Origin: a phage
Strand: one strand, 5' to 3'
DNA: 52,976 nucleotides
Assembly (NCBI GenBank): GCA_014691105.1
Contig: GCA_014691105.1_4891.1
The translations under genes were made by a program, and so were the position numbers. The notes below the pieces were generated by a model. The model saw only the letters and a list, made by a program, of their open reading frames with translations. It was not told the origin of the DNA and made no database searches. Of the stretch, positions 28,503 to 37,622 are shown piece by piece. Each line of letters opens with the position of its first letter. Position 1 is the first letter of the stretch.

Positions 28503-29674
28503 TGGGCTCTGTAACTAGCACAGGCTATGTTCCCGTCAAGCTCGACGACTGGATCAGCAGATTCGAAACGCTCTTCCGTCGTGTGTACGGCGCGGATATT
28601 GATTTGTCAGCTAAGTCTGCTGACGGACAAATGGTTGGTATTCTGGCGCAGATGTTTGCAGACCAGGACGAGCAAGTTGCAATTCTGTTTTCTATGCTTG
28701 ACCCTAACCAGGCATCTGGTGTATACGTAGACCAGTTCCTTGCCTACGTAGCGCTTCAGCGTAAAGGCGAGATGTCAACGCTGTTGACCAGGGTTAAGAT
28801 TGAAGGTGACCGTAACACTATTATACGTACTCCTTACTACGTAACTGACAGCTCGAATAACGTGTACCAGCTTAACTCCACTGTTGCGCTGGATGATAAC
28901 GGTGTAGTCGAAACAAGCTTCAGTTCTGTTAAGACTGGCCGCTTTGTCGTACTTGCAAACGATGAGCTTAAACCACAGACCATCGTTTCTGGTGTGCGTA
29001 AAGTTACCAACATGCAAGTGTCGTCTGGCGGTGCGTCCACTGAGCTCGACTCTGAGGCAATAGACCGTGCGTATAACTCTTACGGCAAACCTGGCACGAA
29101 CAGCTTAGACGGTATTGTTGCTGAGATTCGTCAGATGACTGATGTTATCGCGTGTAACGGTTACGAGAACGAAGAAGATACTCGGGACCCGTTAACTGGC
29201 TTACCTCCTCACAGTATGCAGATTGTTGTGGATGGTGGTTCGCCTGCTGCTATTGCTGACTGTATCTTCCGTCGTAAGACTAATGGCTGTAAGCAGATTG
29301 GCACTGTGTCTTATCAGATTACGGATAAGTCAGGTACACAGCGCACAATGAAATGGAGTCAGCCTACTTATGTTGAGGCTTATGCTTCACTTGTTGTAGC
29401 CCGTAAGGAACTGTTTACCGACGTTTCCGAGGAACTTATTAAGAATGCTATTCTGTCCAAGGTATACAATATCGGTGAAGAGGTATCAACCTATGAACTT
29501 GGCCAGCTGATTCAAGAAGCGAATGGCGTAAGCCCCAACTTCTACATCAAAACTTTCTTTGTGGGTAAATCAGCTAATCCGTCGACAGATACGATTCTGC
29601 GTATCACTGCTCTTGAGCGTGCAATATTCACTGCAGACCGTATCACTATTGCAGTGGTGAATGCTGATGGCTGA
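28502..29674 (+). CDS. putative baseplate wedge protein (gpJ-like)
   Basis: 390 aa, position and coupling in the W-J-I triplet. Confidence 0.5.
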   Translation: MGSVTSTGYVPVKLDDWISRFETLFRRVYGADIDLSAKSADGQMVGILAQMFADQDEQVAILFSMLDPNQASGVYVDQFLAYVALQRKGEMSTLLTRVKIEGDRNTIIRTPYYVTDSSNNVYQLNSTVALDDNGVVETSFSSVKTGRFVVLANDELKPQTIVSGVRKVTNMQVSSGGASTELDSEAIDRAYNSYGKPGTNSLDGIVAEIRQMTDVIACNGYENEEDTRDPLTGLPPHSMQIVVDGGSPAAIADCIFRRKTNGCKQIGTVSYQITDKSGTQRTMKWSQPTYVEAYASLVVARKELFTDVSEELIKNAILSKVYNIGEEVSTYELGQLIQEANGVSPNFYIKTFFVGKSANPSTDTILRITALERAIFTADRITIAVVNADG

Positions 29675-30320
29675 ATATCATAAACTACTTATTCAACAGT
29701 ACGCTGATAAGCCAAAAGCTGTTGCAACTATTAATGGCTTCGATGATGCAATTCAGGGTATCTGGGACGGCGCCCAACAAGTTGTTGATAGCCTTAATAT
29801 CGATAAAGCTTTCGGTAAAGGTCTTGATAATGTTGCAGCCCGCGTCGGCGCATCTCGTGTTCTTAAAAAAGGCGTAGACCGTAAGTTCTTCGGCTTTACC
29901 AACAAAGTACCAGACGTGCTTGGTTTCGGCGGTTCGTCTGGTAATAAAGGTGGCCCGTTCTATCGCTACGGTGCATCAGTATGGGACCCGGTAATTCTTG
30001 ACGACATTGACCTGCGTACTTACATCAAGATGAAAATCTGGAAGAACATGCAAGACGGTACTATGCCGTATCTAATTGACTTCCTGATTGAATTCTTCGG
30101 AATGAATAACTTCGTTATAACTGACAACGAAGATATGACAATGACTCTGGAGATATACAGTACTCTGACACCACTTAAGCAAGTGCTGATTCAGAACTAC
30201 GATATACTTCCGCGCCCCACAGGGGTAAAGATTGAACTTAACACGAGCGTTGACGTTACGGATAGTCTGTATCGTTATGCTACTGTAAACTTACCAGCAC
30301 AGGTGAATGTATATGGCTGA
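29661..30320 (+). CDS. putative baseplate/tail-fibre attachment protein (gpI / Mu gp48-like)
   Basis: 219 aa after the J-like gene, overlapping starts. Confidence 0.45.
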   Translation: MLMAEYHKLLIQQYADKPKAVATINGFDDAIQGIWDGAQQVVDSLNIDKAFGKGLDNVAARVGASRVLKKGVDRKFFGFTNKVPDVLGFGGSSGNKGGPFYRYGASVWDPVILDDIDLRTYIKMKIWKNMQDGTMPYLIDFLIEFFGMNNFVITDNEDMTMTLEIYSTLTPLKQVLIQNYDILPRPTGVKIELNTSVDVTDSLYRYATVNLPAQVNVYG

Positions 30321-31647
30321 TGTACAAACAAGACCCGATAACGACATCTTCGCCAGCTCCGCGGGTACTGGTGAACTGCTGCCGTTCGGTGACCTTGCTC
30401 GTGGCTGGGGTGCAACCCTTGGCTACTCTGAAGGTATTCCTCCGATGGAGTGGTTTAACTTTATCGGTAACCGTACTGACAAAGGTATCCACTATATCCT
30501 TCAGCAGGGTGTTGATGTATGGGTAGAAACTGAGACCTACCCGGTTGGTGCACTGGTTAAAGTTAACGCCGACAATATGTTGTACCGTTGTCTGGTGCAG
30601 AACATTAATATGCCACCGTCTGCTAACCCTACACAGTGGCGCCCTGTACTCGACCTGACTGCGGCAACTGCGGCAGCACGACAGGTTGGTAAAGCTTCTG
30701 GTAACGTAATCCAGGTCGGTGCATTTGGCTTAGGTGGCAACGCTGAGGTAGTTACTAATGCTAACAGCATTGTAAACGACGGTATCTACCAGCTTCCAGC
30801 GTCAGGTACGGGCGGACCTACTAACGGCGTTGAGACTGAGATTCTGCATATCAACTGGGATGAGAAAAACGCTTCACAGTGGGGACGCACCAAGGGTAAG
30901 CGCGTAATAACCATGCGTGAGAAGGTTAACAATACCTGGGGCGGATGGTCATACTCTTACGGGCCTGATAATAAACCTACGGCATCTGAGCTGGGCATTA
31001 ACCAGGACTTCATCCCTATGGATGGTTCTGACTCAATCCGCGGCAACTTAGGTACTGTAGGCTGGTTACATATTGCACGTACTACTTCCGACTTGCTACG
31101 TGCTGCTAACTCCGCCGGTGTAGGTACTGTTGAGTATTCTGGTAACATCGCAGGCGGTACTGCTGTTCAGGAGTTGCTGACTTCAGTTTCTGTAGCGGCT
31201 AACAGTAATGTTGTCACTGCTGCTCGCTGGGGATCTGTGCCTATGTCGCACATCCAGCACATCCTTGTGGCTGGCGGTGCTACACAGATTAACATGGCAG
31301 TATGTCGCCCTGGTGGTATTGCCGACCGCCGTACAGTAGCTTTGCAGGTGGATGGCCTTAACAGCCGAGTAACTACCACAAATAGCTTTATTTTATGTGA
31401 GAATGGTGTTAGAGTATATTCACCTAACAACCCGCAGCCTATCGATACTTCAGCCGGTAACGTTCGGGGTATTCGACTCGGCGCTCGTATTGCTGCTGGT
31501 GTATCCGAGTCAACGTTCTACCCTGGGCATGTAATGACTGGCTGGCGCTTCGGCAATAAGAAAGAGCTGCGCGGTGGTACATACTGGTCAGCGCCGTTAC
31601 AGTATTATATCAACGGCACTTGGATTAACGTAAGCAACGTATCGTAA
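30307..31647 (+). CDS. tail fibre protein
   Basis: 446-aa ORF followed by two tail-fibre-assembly chaperone genes; likely start at ATG 30313. Confidence 0.55.
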   Translation: MYMADVQTRPDNDIFASSAGTGELLPFGDLARGWGATLGYSEGIPPMEWFNFIGNRTDKGIHYILQQGVDVWVETETYPVGALVKVNADNMLYRCLVQNINMPPSANPTQWRPVLDLTAATAAARQVGKASGNVIQVGAFGLGGNAEVVTNANSIVNDGIYQLPASGTGGPTNGVETEILHINWDEKNASQWGRTKGKRVITMREKVNNTWGGWSYSYGPDNKPTASELGINQDFIPMDGSDSIRGNLGTVGWLHIARTTSDLLRAANSAGVGTVEYSGNIAGGTAVQELLTSVSVAANSNVVTAARWGSVPMSHIQHILVAGGATQINMAVCRPGGIADRRTVALQVDGLNSRVTTTNSFILCENGVRVYSPNNPQPIDTSAGNVRGIRLGARIAAGVSESTFYPGHVMTGWRFGNKKELRGGTYWSAPLQYYINGTWINVSNVS

Positions 31648-31656
31648 AGGTTTATT

Positions 31657-32199
31657 ATGACTAAGCATAAGGTGTTCCGTAACTTTACCATGTACCATCC
31701 TGAGGTAACAGAAGAGAACGAGAACATTGTAAATGCTGGTGCAATCTTCCTCAAGGATGAGGAAGGTCGCGACTGGTACAATCTAGCAAAAGAGTTCGCT
31801 GTCAAATACGAAGGCGCAACGTTCTTGCAGGTAGATAAGAACGGAGTTGTAATTGCCGCACATACCGACCCGACTATGTTCCATCCTGTGGGCTGTGATA
31901 TGGTTGTAACGTACGACCCGCCTTTCAACATCTTCGAGACTGTTGGTGAATGGCTGTTCGATGGTAAAGAGTTTACGCTTAACGCACCAATGATGAAGGA
32001 GATTGCTCGTGAGCGTAAAGAACAAGCTCTGTCCATCGCTTCGACCAAGGTCAGTGTTTTACGCGACACAGTTGATAGTGGCAATGCTACCGATGAAGAA
32101 AAAGAGCTATTTGCTAAATGGCGTGATTACAGGATTGCTGTCAATCGTCTTGACATTAACCTTGGTTCCGCTATGGTTGTTCCACCTATGCCGGAGTAA
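31657..32199 (+). CDS. tail fibre assembly protein (Tfa/gpG-like), paralogue 1
   Basis: C-terminal WRDYRIAVNRLDINLGSAMVVPPMP resembles the Tfa tail W..YR..L.RVD.S.AP.I.WP..P; paralogous to the next gene. Confidence 0.6.
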   Translation: MTKHKVFRNFTMYHPEVTEENENIVNAGAIFLKDEEGRDWYNLAKEFAVKYEGATFLQVDKNGVVIAAHTDPTMFHPVGCDMVVTYDPPFNIFETVGEWLFDGKEFTLNAPMMKEIARERKEQALSIASTKVSVLRDTVDSGNATDEEKELFAKWRDYRIAVNRLDINLGSAMVVPPMPE

Positions 32200-32202
32200 A
32201 CC

Positions 32203-32706
32203 ATGCAACTGTCATTTTTCAACTTTACAGAATACAACCCACAAAGGACGGCGGAGACACTTCCGCTGATTAAGCAAGGCGTTGTATTCATCAAGGATAA
32301 CAACGGTAATGACTGGCGCAAGCTGGCTAAAGAGCTGGCTAAGAATAAAGAGCTGGTTCATTACATTGTTGTGGACAAGTACAATGCTGTTGCCGCGTAT
32401 GCTAACGATCCTACGCTACTGTTTCCTGTTAATTGCGATTTGCATATTGTTGAGTCTGCCCCTGTTGCTAAGTTTGCGGATTGCTATTACGAATGGTCGT
32501 ACGTTAATGGCAAGTTTGTTAAGCACTCTGAACTGCAGAAGGTGATTGCAGAAGAACGCCTGCAGGAAGAACAGGCTTGGGTTGAAGGACAACTCGACAC
32601 TGAAGAAGATGAGGAACGTATTATCGCTCTCCATAAATTCCGTGCCGATTTGTTGCTGCTTGTTATGTCAGATGCGCCGCATATCGACTGGCCTGTACGA
32701 CCGTAA
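32203..32706 (+). CDS. tail fibre assembly protein (Tfa/gpG-like), paralogue 2
   Basis: N-terminus NFTEYNP...FIKDNNGNDWRKLAKELA parallels paralogue 1; C-terminal HKFRADLLLLVMSDAPHIDWPVRP. Confidence 0.6.
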   Translation: MQLSFFNFTEYNPQRTAETLPLIKQGVVFIKDNNGNDWRKLAKELAKNKELVHYIVVDKYNAVAAYANDPTLLFPVNCDLHIVESAPVAKFADCYYEWSYVNGKFVKHSELQKVIAEERLQEEQAWVEGQLDTEEDEERIIALHKFRADLLLLVMSDAPHIDWPVRP

Positions 32707-32712
32707 CTAATT

Positions 32713-32754
32713 GCTACCAGCAAGCTTGTGCAGTTGCTGGTAGTGTTTCTTTTA
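32713..32754 (+). terminator. rho-independent terminator
   Basis: Stem GCTACCAGCAA / TTGCTGGTAG followed by TGTTTCTTTT. Confidence 0.6.
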
Positions 32755-32774
32755 CGCTTGAGTCGTGCTATAAT
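32746..32774 (+). promoter_or_regulatory. promoter-like element with TATAAT -10 upstream of the lysis cassette
   Basis: TATAAT at 32769-32774; weak -35 TTTCTT at 17-bp spacing. Confidence 0.4.
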
Positions 32775-32807
32775 CCACTCTGGGTATACAATAAACCGGA
32801 GATATGG

Positions 32808-33069
32808 GATGTTTGACTACAACGACAAGTCTTCCCTTATTGGACAGTTTGTGGCTTGGGTAACAATAACAGTAAGTACTTTATCACTAAGTGATTGGGG
32901 TACTCTTATCGGTATACTCAGTTCCTTGGTGATGCTGATTGTTGTTACGTATAACCAAACACGGCGAACCAAAATTATGTCGGATTATTACAATCGTAAG
33001 AAGCCGATAGAGGATGAAGTCGCATCGAAAGAAGAGGTGTTGCGTGAGTCTGAAATCAGCAGCGACTAA
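32808..33069 (+). CDS. holin (two predicted transmembrane segments)
   Basis: Track ORF 32728..33069 but the promoter lies inside it; ATG 32808 gives MFDYNDKSSLIGQFVAWVTITVSTLSLSDWGTLIGILSSLVMLIVVTY with two hydrophobic segments. Confidence 0.55.
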
Positions 33070-33589
33070 AGGAGGTTGCAGCGTGCTGGCTATTATCGGG
33101 CTTGTATTGTCGATGACTAGTACACATGTCCGTACTAATAAAGAAGGTCTTGAAATAATCGGTAATGCAGAAGGTTGTATGCGCAACCCGTATGTATGTC
33201 CTACTGGTTACTTAACAGTTGGCATTGGTAGCCGCATCTACAGCGATGAGCCCGCTGTACGGCGCGAAGGCCTGACAGACCAGGAGATTGCTGACCGCTG
33301 GGTCAAGAATATTCAAGAGGCCGAAAAGTGTGTTAACGACTGGTTTCACGGTAAAGACATGAACACCAACCAGTTCAGCGCCATGACCTCTATGGTATTT
33401 AACCATGGTTGCACTAGACTCCGTAAGAACAAGGATGGTTCACCTACCAAAATATATACTGCTGCTCGTAAACAAAACTGGACTGAAATGTGTAATCGCA
33501 TAACGGACTGGGATATGGGTGGTAAGTACAGGGGCTTGACAATACGTAAGCAAAAGGAAAAAGCGCTATGTCTAAAACCGGTGCAATAA
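33014..33589 (+). CDS. SAR endolysin (T4-lysozyme-like fold, P1 Lyz-like)
   Basis: N-terminal Gly/Ala-rich weakly hydrophobic segment AATKGGCSVLAIIGLVLSMTS, then catalytic region NAEGCMRNPYVCPTGYLTVGIGS; alternative GTG start at 33083 with a strong AGGAGG RBS. Confidence 0.7.
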   Translation: MKSHRKKRCCVSLKSAATKGGCSVLAIIGLVLSMTSTHVRTNKEGLEIIGNAEGCMRNPYVCPTGYLTVGIGSRIYSDEPAVRREGLTDQEIADRWVKNIQEAEKCVNDWFHGKDMNTNQFSAMTSMVFNHGCTRLRKNKDGSPTKIYTAARKQNWTEMCNRITDWDMGGKYRGLTIRKQKEKALCLKPVQ

Positions 33590-33897
33590 TTGCAGTTATT
33601 CTCGGCCTCGCCATTGTGTTCCTGTCTTTGTGGGTACGTGAGCTGAAAGGCGATATTACCGACCGCGACGGTATAATCAAACAGCTTAACAAGACTAATG
33701 GCGAGTTGTCTGCTGCTAATCAAACGCTGATTAATTCTGTAAAGGATGAACGTGAGGCCTCAGCCAAACGCGCCAGTAAGATAGCTGAACTTGAACAACA
33801 ACTGCGTGATAAGAAGGGTAAATATGACGAAGCGACAAAATATGATTCGTGCGCTAATACCGTTGCTCCTTCTGCCGTTCTTGAACTCATGCGCTGA
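33568..33897 (+). CDS. i-spanin (Rz-like)
   Basis: N-terminal transmembrane helix AIIAVILGLAIVFLSLWV followed by a coiled-coil region. Confidence 0.6.
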   Translation: MSKTGAIIAVILGLAIVFLSLWVRELKGDITDRDGIIKQLNKTNGELSAANQTLINSVKDEREASAKRASKIAELEQQLRDKKGKYDEATKYDSCANTVAPSAVLELMR

Positions 33898-34099
33898 TAA
33901 GCCTGAAGTTGTTTATGTTGATAGGGTAGTCAAGGTTTATCCGCCTGGTGCGTACCTGGTTAAATGCCATAAGCCTGAATTAACAGGTAATACATGGAAG
34001 GCAATAGGTCAGTTAGCTATTGAACGTGGAACAGCTCTTGATGATTGTGCAGACAAGATGGACAGCATAATTAACTGGAGTAACAAAGGGGCCGAGTGA
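33824..34099 (+). CDS. o-spanin (Rz1-like lipoprotein), overlapping the i-spanin in another frame
   Basis: MTKRQNMIRALIPLLLLPFLNSCADK: signal peptide with a lipobox-like LNSC; track ORF 33791..34099. Confidence 0.55.
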   Translation: MTKRQNMIRALIPLLLLPFLNSCADKPEVVYVDRVVKVYPPGAYLVKCHKPELTGNTWKAIGQLAIERGTALDDCADKMDSIINWSNKGAE

Positions 34100-34112
34100 T
34101 GGCCCCTTTATC
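34086..34112. terminator. bidirectional intrinsic terminator at the convergence point
   Basis: AAAGGGGCC GAGTGAT GGCCCCTTTA: GC stem flanked by A-run and T-run, between convergent genes. Confidence 0.7.
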
Positions 34113-34114
34113 TA

Positions 34115-34339
34115 TTAGCGTTTTCCTTTCAGCTCGTTATACTGCGCACATGCAGCACACAGCACTGTACCGGGTAAAAGCTGACGTCGTTTTTCTTCAA
34201 TGTCTTCCCCACACTGGTAGCACGTCAGCGGGCTTACTCCGGTGTATCTTACTCGGTTCGATAGTGCTGCGTCCCGGGCAACTTGTTCAGCTTCAGAAGC
34301 CATATCAGTAATGTCCGATGTGCGCATAGTCTCAATCAT
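34115..34339 (-). CDS. TraR/DksA-family C4 zinc-finger protein
   Basis: CYQC...x17...CAAC zinc-ribbon motif near the C-terminus; 74 aa. Confidence 0.65.
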   Translation of the reverse strand: MIETMRTSDITDMASEAEQVARDAALSNRVRYTGVSPLTCYQCGEDIEEKRRQLLPGTVLCAACAQYNELKGKR

Positions 34340-34614
34340 TATTTTCCCTCTTCTTCACAATACAGGGTTTCTAATTCATCGCATAGCTGTTGCGTCCAGT
34401 AATCATCCTCGCCACGTATCTGGAAGCACAGCACAGGAATATCCTGTCGTAAAATATCGCTCTTGTAAATCTTTTTGGCAACAGCTTCTGGTTCTTCCTG
34501 GAATATCTTCATAAACCAGTCCAGGCCTGACGTGCAGCCTGAGGCGTCTAGTATCTCCTTTGCCCTTAACTTAAGCGTTTCATCTGCCTCATACTCTAAA
34601 CCTATCTTAGACAT
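34339..34614 (-). CDS. hypothetical protein
   Basis: ORF track; coupled to neighbours. Confidence 0.45.
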   Translation of the reverse strand: MSKIGLEYEADETLKLRAKEILDASGCTSGLDWFMKIFQEEPEAVAKKIYKSDILRQDIPVLCFQIRGEDDYWTQQLCDELETLYCEEEGK

Positions 34615-34629
34615 ATTATAGACCTTTAA

Positions 34630-36597
34630 TTAGTGCGCCTCTGCCCAGTTACTTTCTATCTTAGCATCAGTAAGAACAGGTACACGAAGCGGTAGCACAG
34701 TTTCCATGACCCGTACGAAATCGTAGAATCCATCTTCTGCTTGCTTACCAGTTGGTAGAGAGAAGTTAAGCTCATCGTGTACCGTCAGGCGAGGTACGCC
34801 AATCACGTCGAAGTAACCGTCTTCATACCCTTTCAGCATTGCAGACTTCATCTGGTCTGCTGACGACCCTTGCAGCACTCGGTTGATTGCCTTGTGGGTG
34901 TCTGCCAGTTTAATGTTTGGGCCATACTCCTGACGTGCTTCTTCAAATGGCAAAGGCATCTTCCCGAATCCACCACGTTTTGGGACCCATTTGTTGAACC
35001 ACGTTTTCCGGCCCATAAAGGTTTCTACATACCCCTGGCTATAACATAAATCTTCATAATGCTTCATGGTAGCGCCAATGAATGGTGCACCCTGATGGTA
35101 CGCCTTCAGAACAGGTTCTGCTTCTTCAGGCGTCATTGCTAACTTACGGGCAAGAGCATTAAGCATCATGCCGTATAACAAACCAAAGTTGATGGTCTTA
35201 GCCGGTTTACGCTCTATAACGTGACCTGAGGCTTCCTTGATAATATCGACCATAACATTGTGGTAATCTGCTTCCGGGTTAGCCGCGAAAATTGCTCGTA
35301 ACTCATCAGCGCCCGGGCCGACTGCAAAATGCGCCATGAATCGATATTCAATTTGGGCGTAGTCTGCTGATCCCCATCGGTGTCCGACATCCGGTACGAA
35401 ACAAGCACGAAGGAGTGGTCCCAGTATTTTGTGTCTAGACGGTATATTCTGCAGATTAGGGTCAGATGAGCTAAACCGACCACTAACGGTTCCACCGTCA
35501 TCACCGCGCATTTGATGGAATTGACCGTGAAGGAAGCCATTTGTATTCATCCCCAATATATAGCCACGAATAAACGTGGACTGGATTTTCTCATAAGACT
35601 TAATCTCAGACACCAGTTCCGCAAACGGATGGTGCAAGCCTGCTAAGAAGTCCGCTGTAAACGACGGATTACCCGCCGCTGTTTTGAAGTACTCCAGACC
35701 TAAATGGTCAAATGCAAGTGCTAAATCAGGACCGGAGTTAACGTTAATGTTAAAGCCAATCTGGTCTTTAATCTGCTGGTGCATTTTCCTTATTTCAGCG
35801 CTAAGCGTATCATCCGCCTCTTTGGCCTTGTCAAGGTCAACACGCACACCTGCAAAACGCATCTTAAGCATTAATGGAATGAGCTTGCACTCCATATAGA
35901 ATACGTCTGTTAAACACCAGCGACTTAACAATGGCCACTGGGCTTTGATAATGTGTATTGGTAAGTCGGCGTCAGATTCAGCATAGTAACCCACAAGACG
36001 AGGAGGTGTTTTGTAGATGTACTTTCTGGCTTCACCTGTTGGCTTACAGCCATAAGCGTCTGAAATCCATTGGTACATCTCGGCTGAGTCTTTACCTTCG
36101 CCTACATACTTTCGTCCAAGTCCTTCAAGTGCAACACGCGCGCCTGGGTCGAGTAATGCTTCCGCGAATTGTACATCCATGCACAATCCTTTAACTTCCA
36201 CGCCTTCTGCTGCAAGCCAGCCCAAGTCATATGTGATGTTAGCACCGACTTTAACTTGGTTAGGTCGCGAGAGTTCGAGCCGAAGCCAACCAAGTACTTC
36301 CTCAGCTGGAAGGTTATCCTCTTCGCCGAGCTCGTGTCTGATTGGGTAGTAAGCTTTGAAGCCGTTGTCCGTAGCGATACTAACTCCAACGATATGACCC
36401 TCCCTCCTGGCCCAACCACTACCATTTGTATCCATCCCTGGGTCGTATGTTTCACAGTCAAGACCGATAATCTTTGCAGAAGACAAGTCCGGGTAATGCG
36501 CGCGCGGCCGCCATCCAGTATCCCTGACGTATGGTATAGGACGGTTGATAGGTTTAACATTCTTTGCACCTTCAAAGCTATCGAATAAAAAGCTCAT
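34630..36597 (-). CDS. family A DNA polymerase with 3'-5' exonuclease domain
   Basis: Exo motif GLDCETYD; polymerase motif A DYAQIEYRF, motif B RKPAKTINFGLLYGM, motif C VHDELNF. Confidence 0.9.
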   Translation of the reverse strand: MSFLFDSFEGAKNVKPINRPIPYVRDTGWRPRAHYPDLSSAKIIGLDCETYDPGMDTNGSGWARREGHIVGVSIATDNGFKAYYPIRHELGEEDNLPAEEVLGWLRLELSRPNQVKVGANITYDLGWLAAEGVEVKGLCMDVQFAEALLDPGARVALEGLGRKYVGEGKDSAEMYQWISDAYGCKPTGEARKYIYKTPPRLVGYYAESDADLPIHIIKAQWPLLSRWCLTDVFYMECKLIPLMLKMRFAGVRVDLDKAKEADDTLSAEIRKMHQQIKDQIGFNINVNSGPDLALAFDHLGLEYFKTAAGNPSFTADFLAGLHHPFAELVSEIKSYEKIQSTFIRGYILGMNTNGFLHGQFHQMRGDDGGTVSGRFSSSDPNLQNIPSRHKILGPLLRACFVPDVGHRWGSADYAQIEYRFMAHFAVGPGADELRAIFAANPEADYHNVMVDIIKEASGHVIERKPAKTINFGLLYGMMLNALARKLAMTPEEAEPVLKAYHQGAPFIGATMKHYEDLCYSQGYVETFMGRKTWFNKWVPKRGGFGKMPLPFEEARQEYGPNIKLADTHKAINRVLQGSSADQMKSAMLKGYEDGYFDVIGVPRLTVHDELNFSLPTGKQAEDGFYDFVRVMETVLPLRVPVLTDAKIESNWAEAH

Positions 36598-37592
36598 CAG
36601 CCCCCTCTCACATACGCAATTACAACTGTACGAGTTGAGTTTTCCATTTTGAGCGCCTGACTACCAAGCCCTATTCTTTCCATGCCTTTAGCCAGTTTAC
36701 TCATCTGACTAATAACACAGTTGAACGGTTTACTAAACTTAGTCGACTGGAACTTAATGTCGACGGACATCTTAGGAATAATCTTGTCTGGTAAGTCTGC
36801 TTTTGCTGTTGACTCGCCAGTTATCTCCAGAATGGCTTGACCTTCGTCATACCCAGTAAGCTGGTCCATTACTTCCAGGAACTCAGGAGTGATGGCCTGC
36901 ATATCCATTTCCATATTGAAGAACTTCGATACGTCTGGCCATTTGGCTGCTAGTACCGGAGCATCCATCTGTACACCATCCGCAAAGCCGAAGAACATCT
37001 GGCCGCGGGCGTAACCTACACTTGTGGGTTCCATCTTCAGCTTAACCAGAGCCTCAAGCATTGGTTTGGCTATGGCACATTCAAATTCAAAATCTACATT
37101 CAACTTCTCGCGTATCATATACTTACCGTTAGTTGCGTAAGCATAACCATCGCGCAGAAGTAAAGATGTTGCCCATATCTGCGGTGCTTCGTTAGGTACC
37201 CATTTGGCTAAGGCAGTTAATACCGGGAGTAATTCGCCATGCGCTGAATACCAGTTGTTAACTGTAGCAAGTGGTGGTATTGGTTCATTAAGCGCTTGCA
37301 TTCTTGTTTTAAGTACACCTGCTGTGACTGTGAGGTTTCCAGCGGCTGTAATGTTAAAAGTAATCTGTTCAGTTCTTGCCGCATTAACGGCCTTACGAAA
37401 TGATTCAGCATCCACTTGCAGGTCTGGGAATCCTTTACATGGCGCTCGTAGTAATACGTTCTTGTAGTACGAATGGATTGTTCCGTCTGCAATCCATATT
37501 TTGCCCATAAGACCACTATCAGTATACTTGATGGGACGAGCTTGTTGAACGGCAGTCTGTATTTGTTTGGTGTCATAGTTAAACTTGCTCAT
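36597..37592 (-). CDS. hypothetical protein, translationally coupled upstream of the DNA polymerase
   Basis: 331-aa ORF whose stop overlaps the polymerase start; no motif recognised. Confidence 0.45.
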   Translation of the reverse strand: MSKFNYDTKQIQTAVQQARPIKYTDSGLMGKIWIADGTIHSYYKNVLLRAPCKGFPDLQVDAESFRKAVNAARTEQITFNITAAGNLTVTAGVLKTRMQALNEPIPPLATVNNWYSAHGELLPVLTALAKWVPNEAPQIWATSLLLRDGYAYATNGKYMIREKLNVDFEFECAIAKPMLEALVKLKMEPTSVGYARGQMFFGFADGVQMDAPVLAAKWPDVSKFFNMEMDMQAITPEFLEVMDQLTGYDEGQAILEITGESTAKADLPDKIIPKMSVDIKFQSTKFSKPFNCVISQMSKLAKGMERIGLGSQALKMENSTRTVVIAYVRGG

Positions 37593-37622
37593 AGTATAAC
37601 GGGGCCTAAGCCCCGCTCCATC

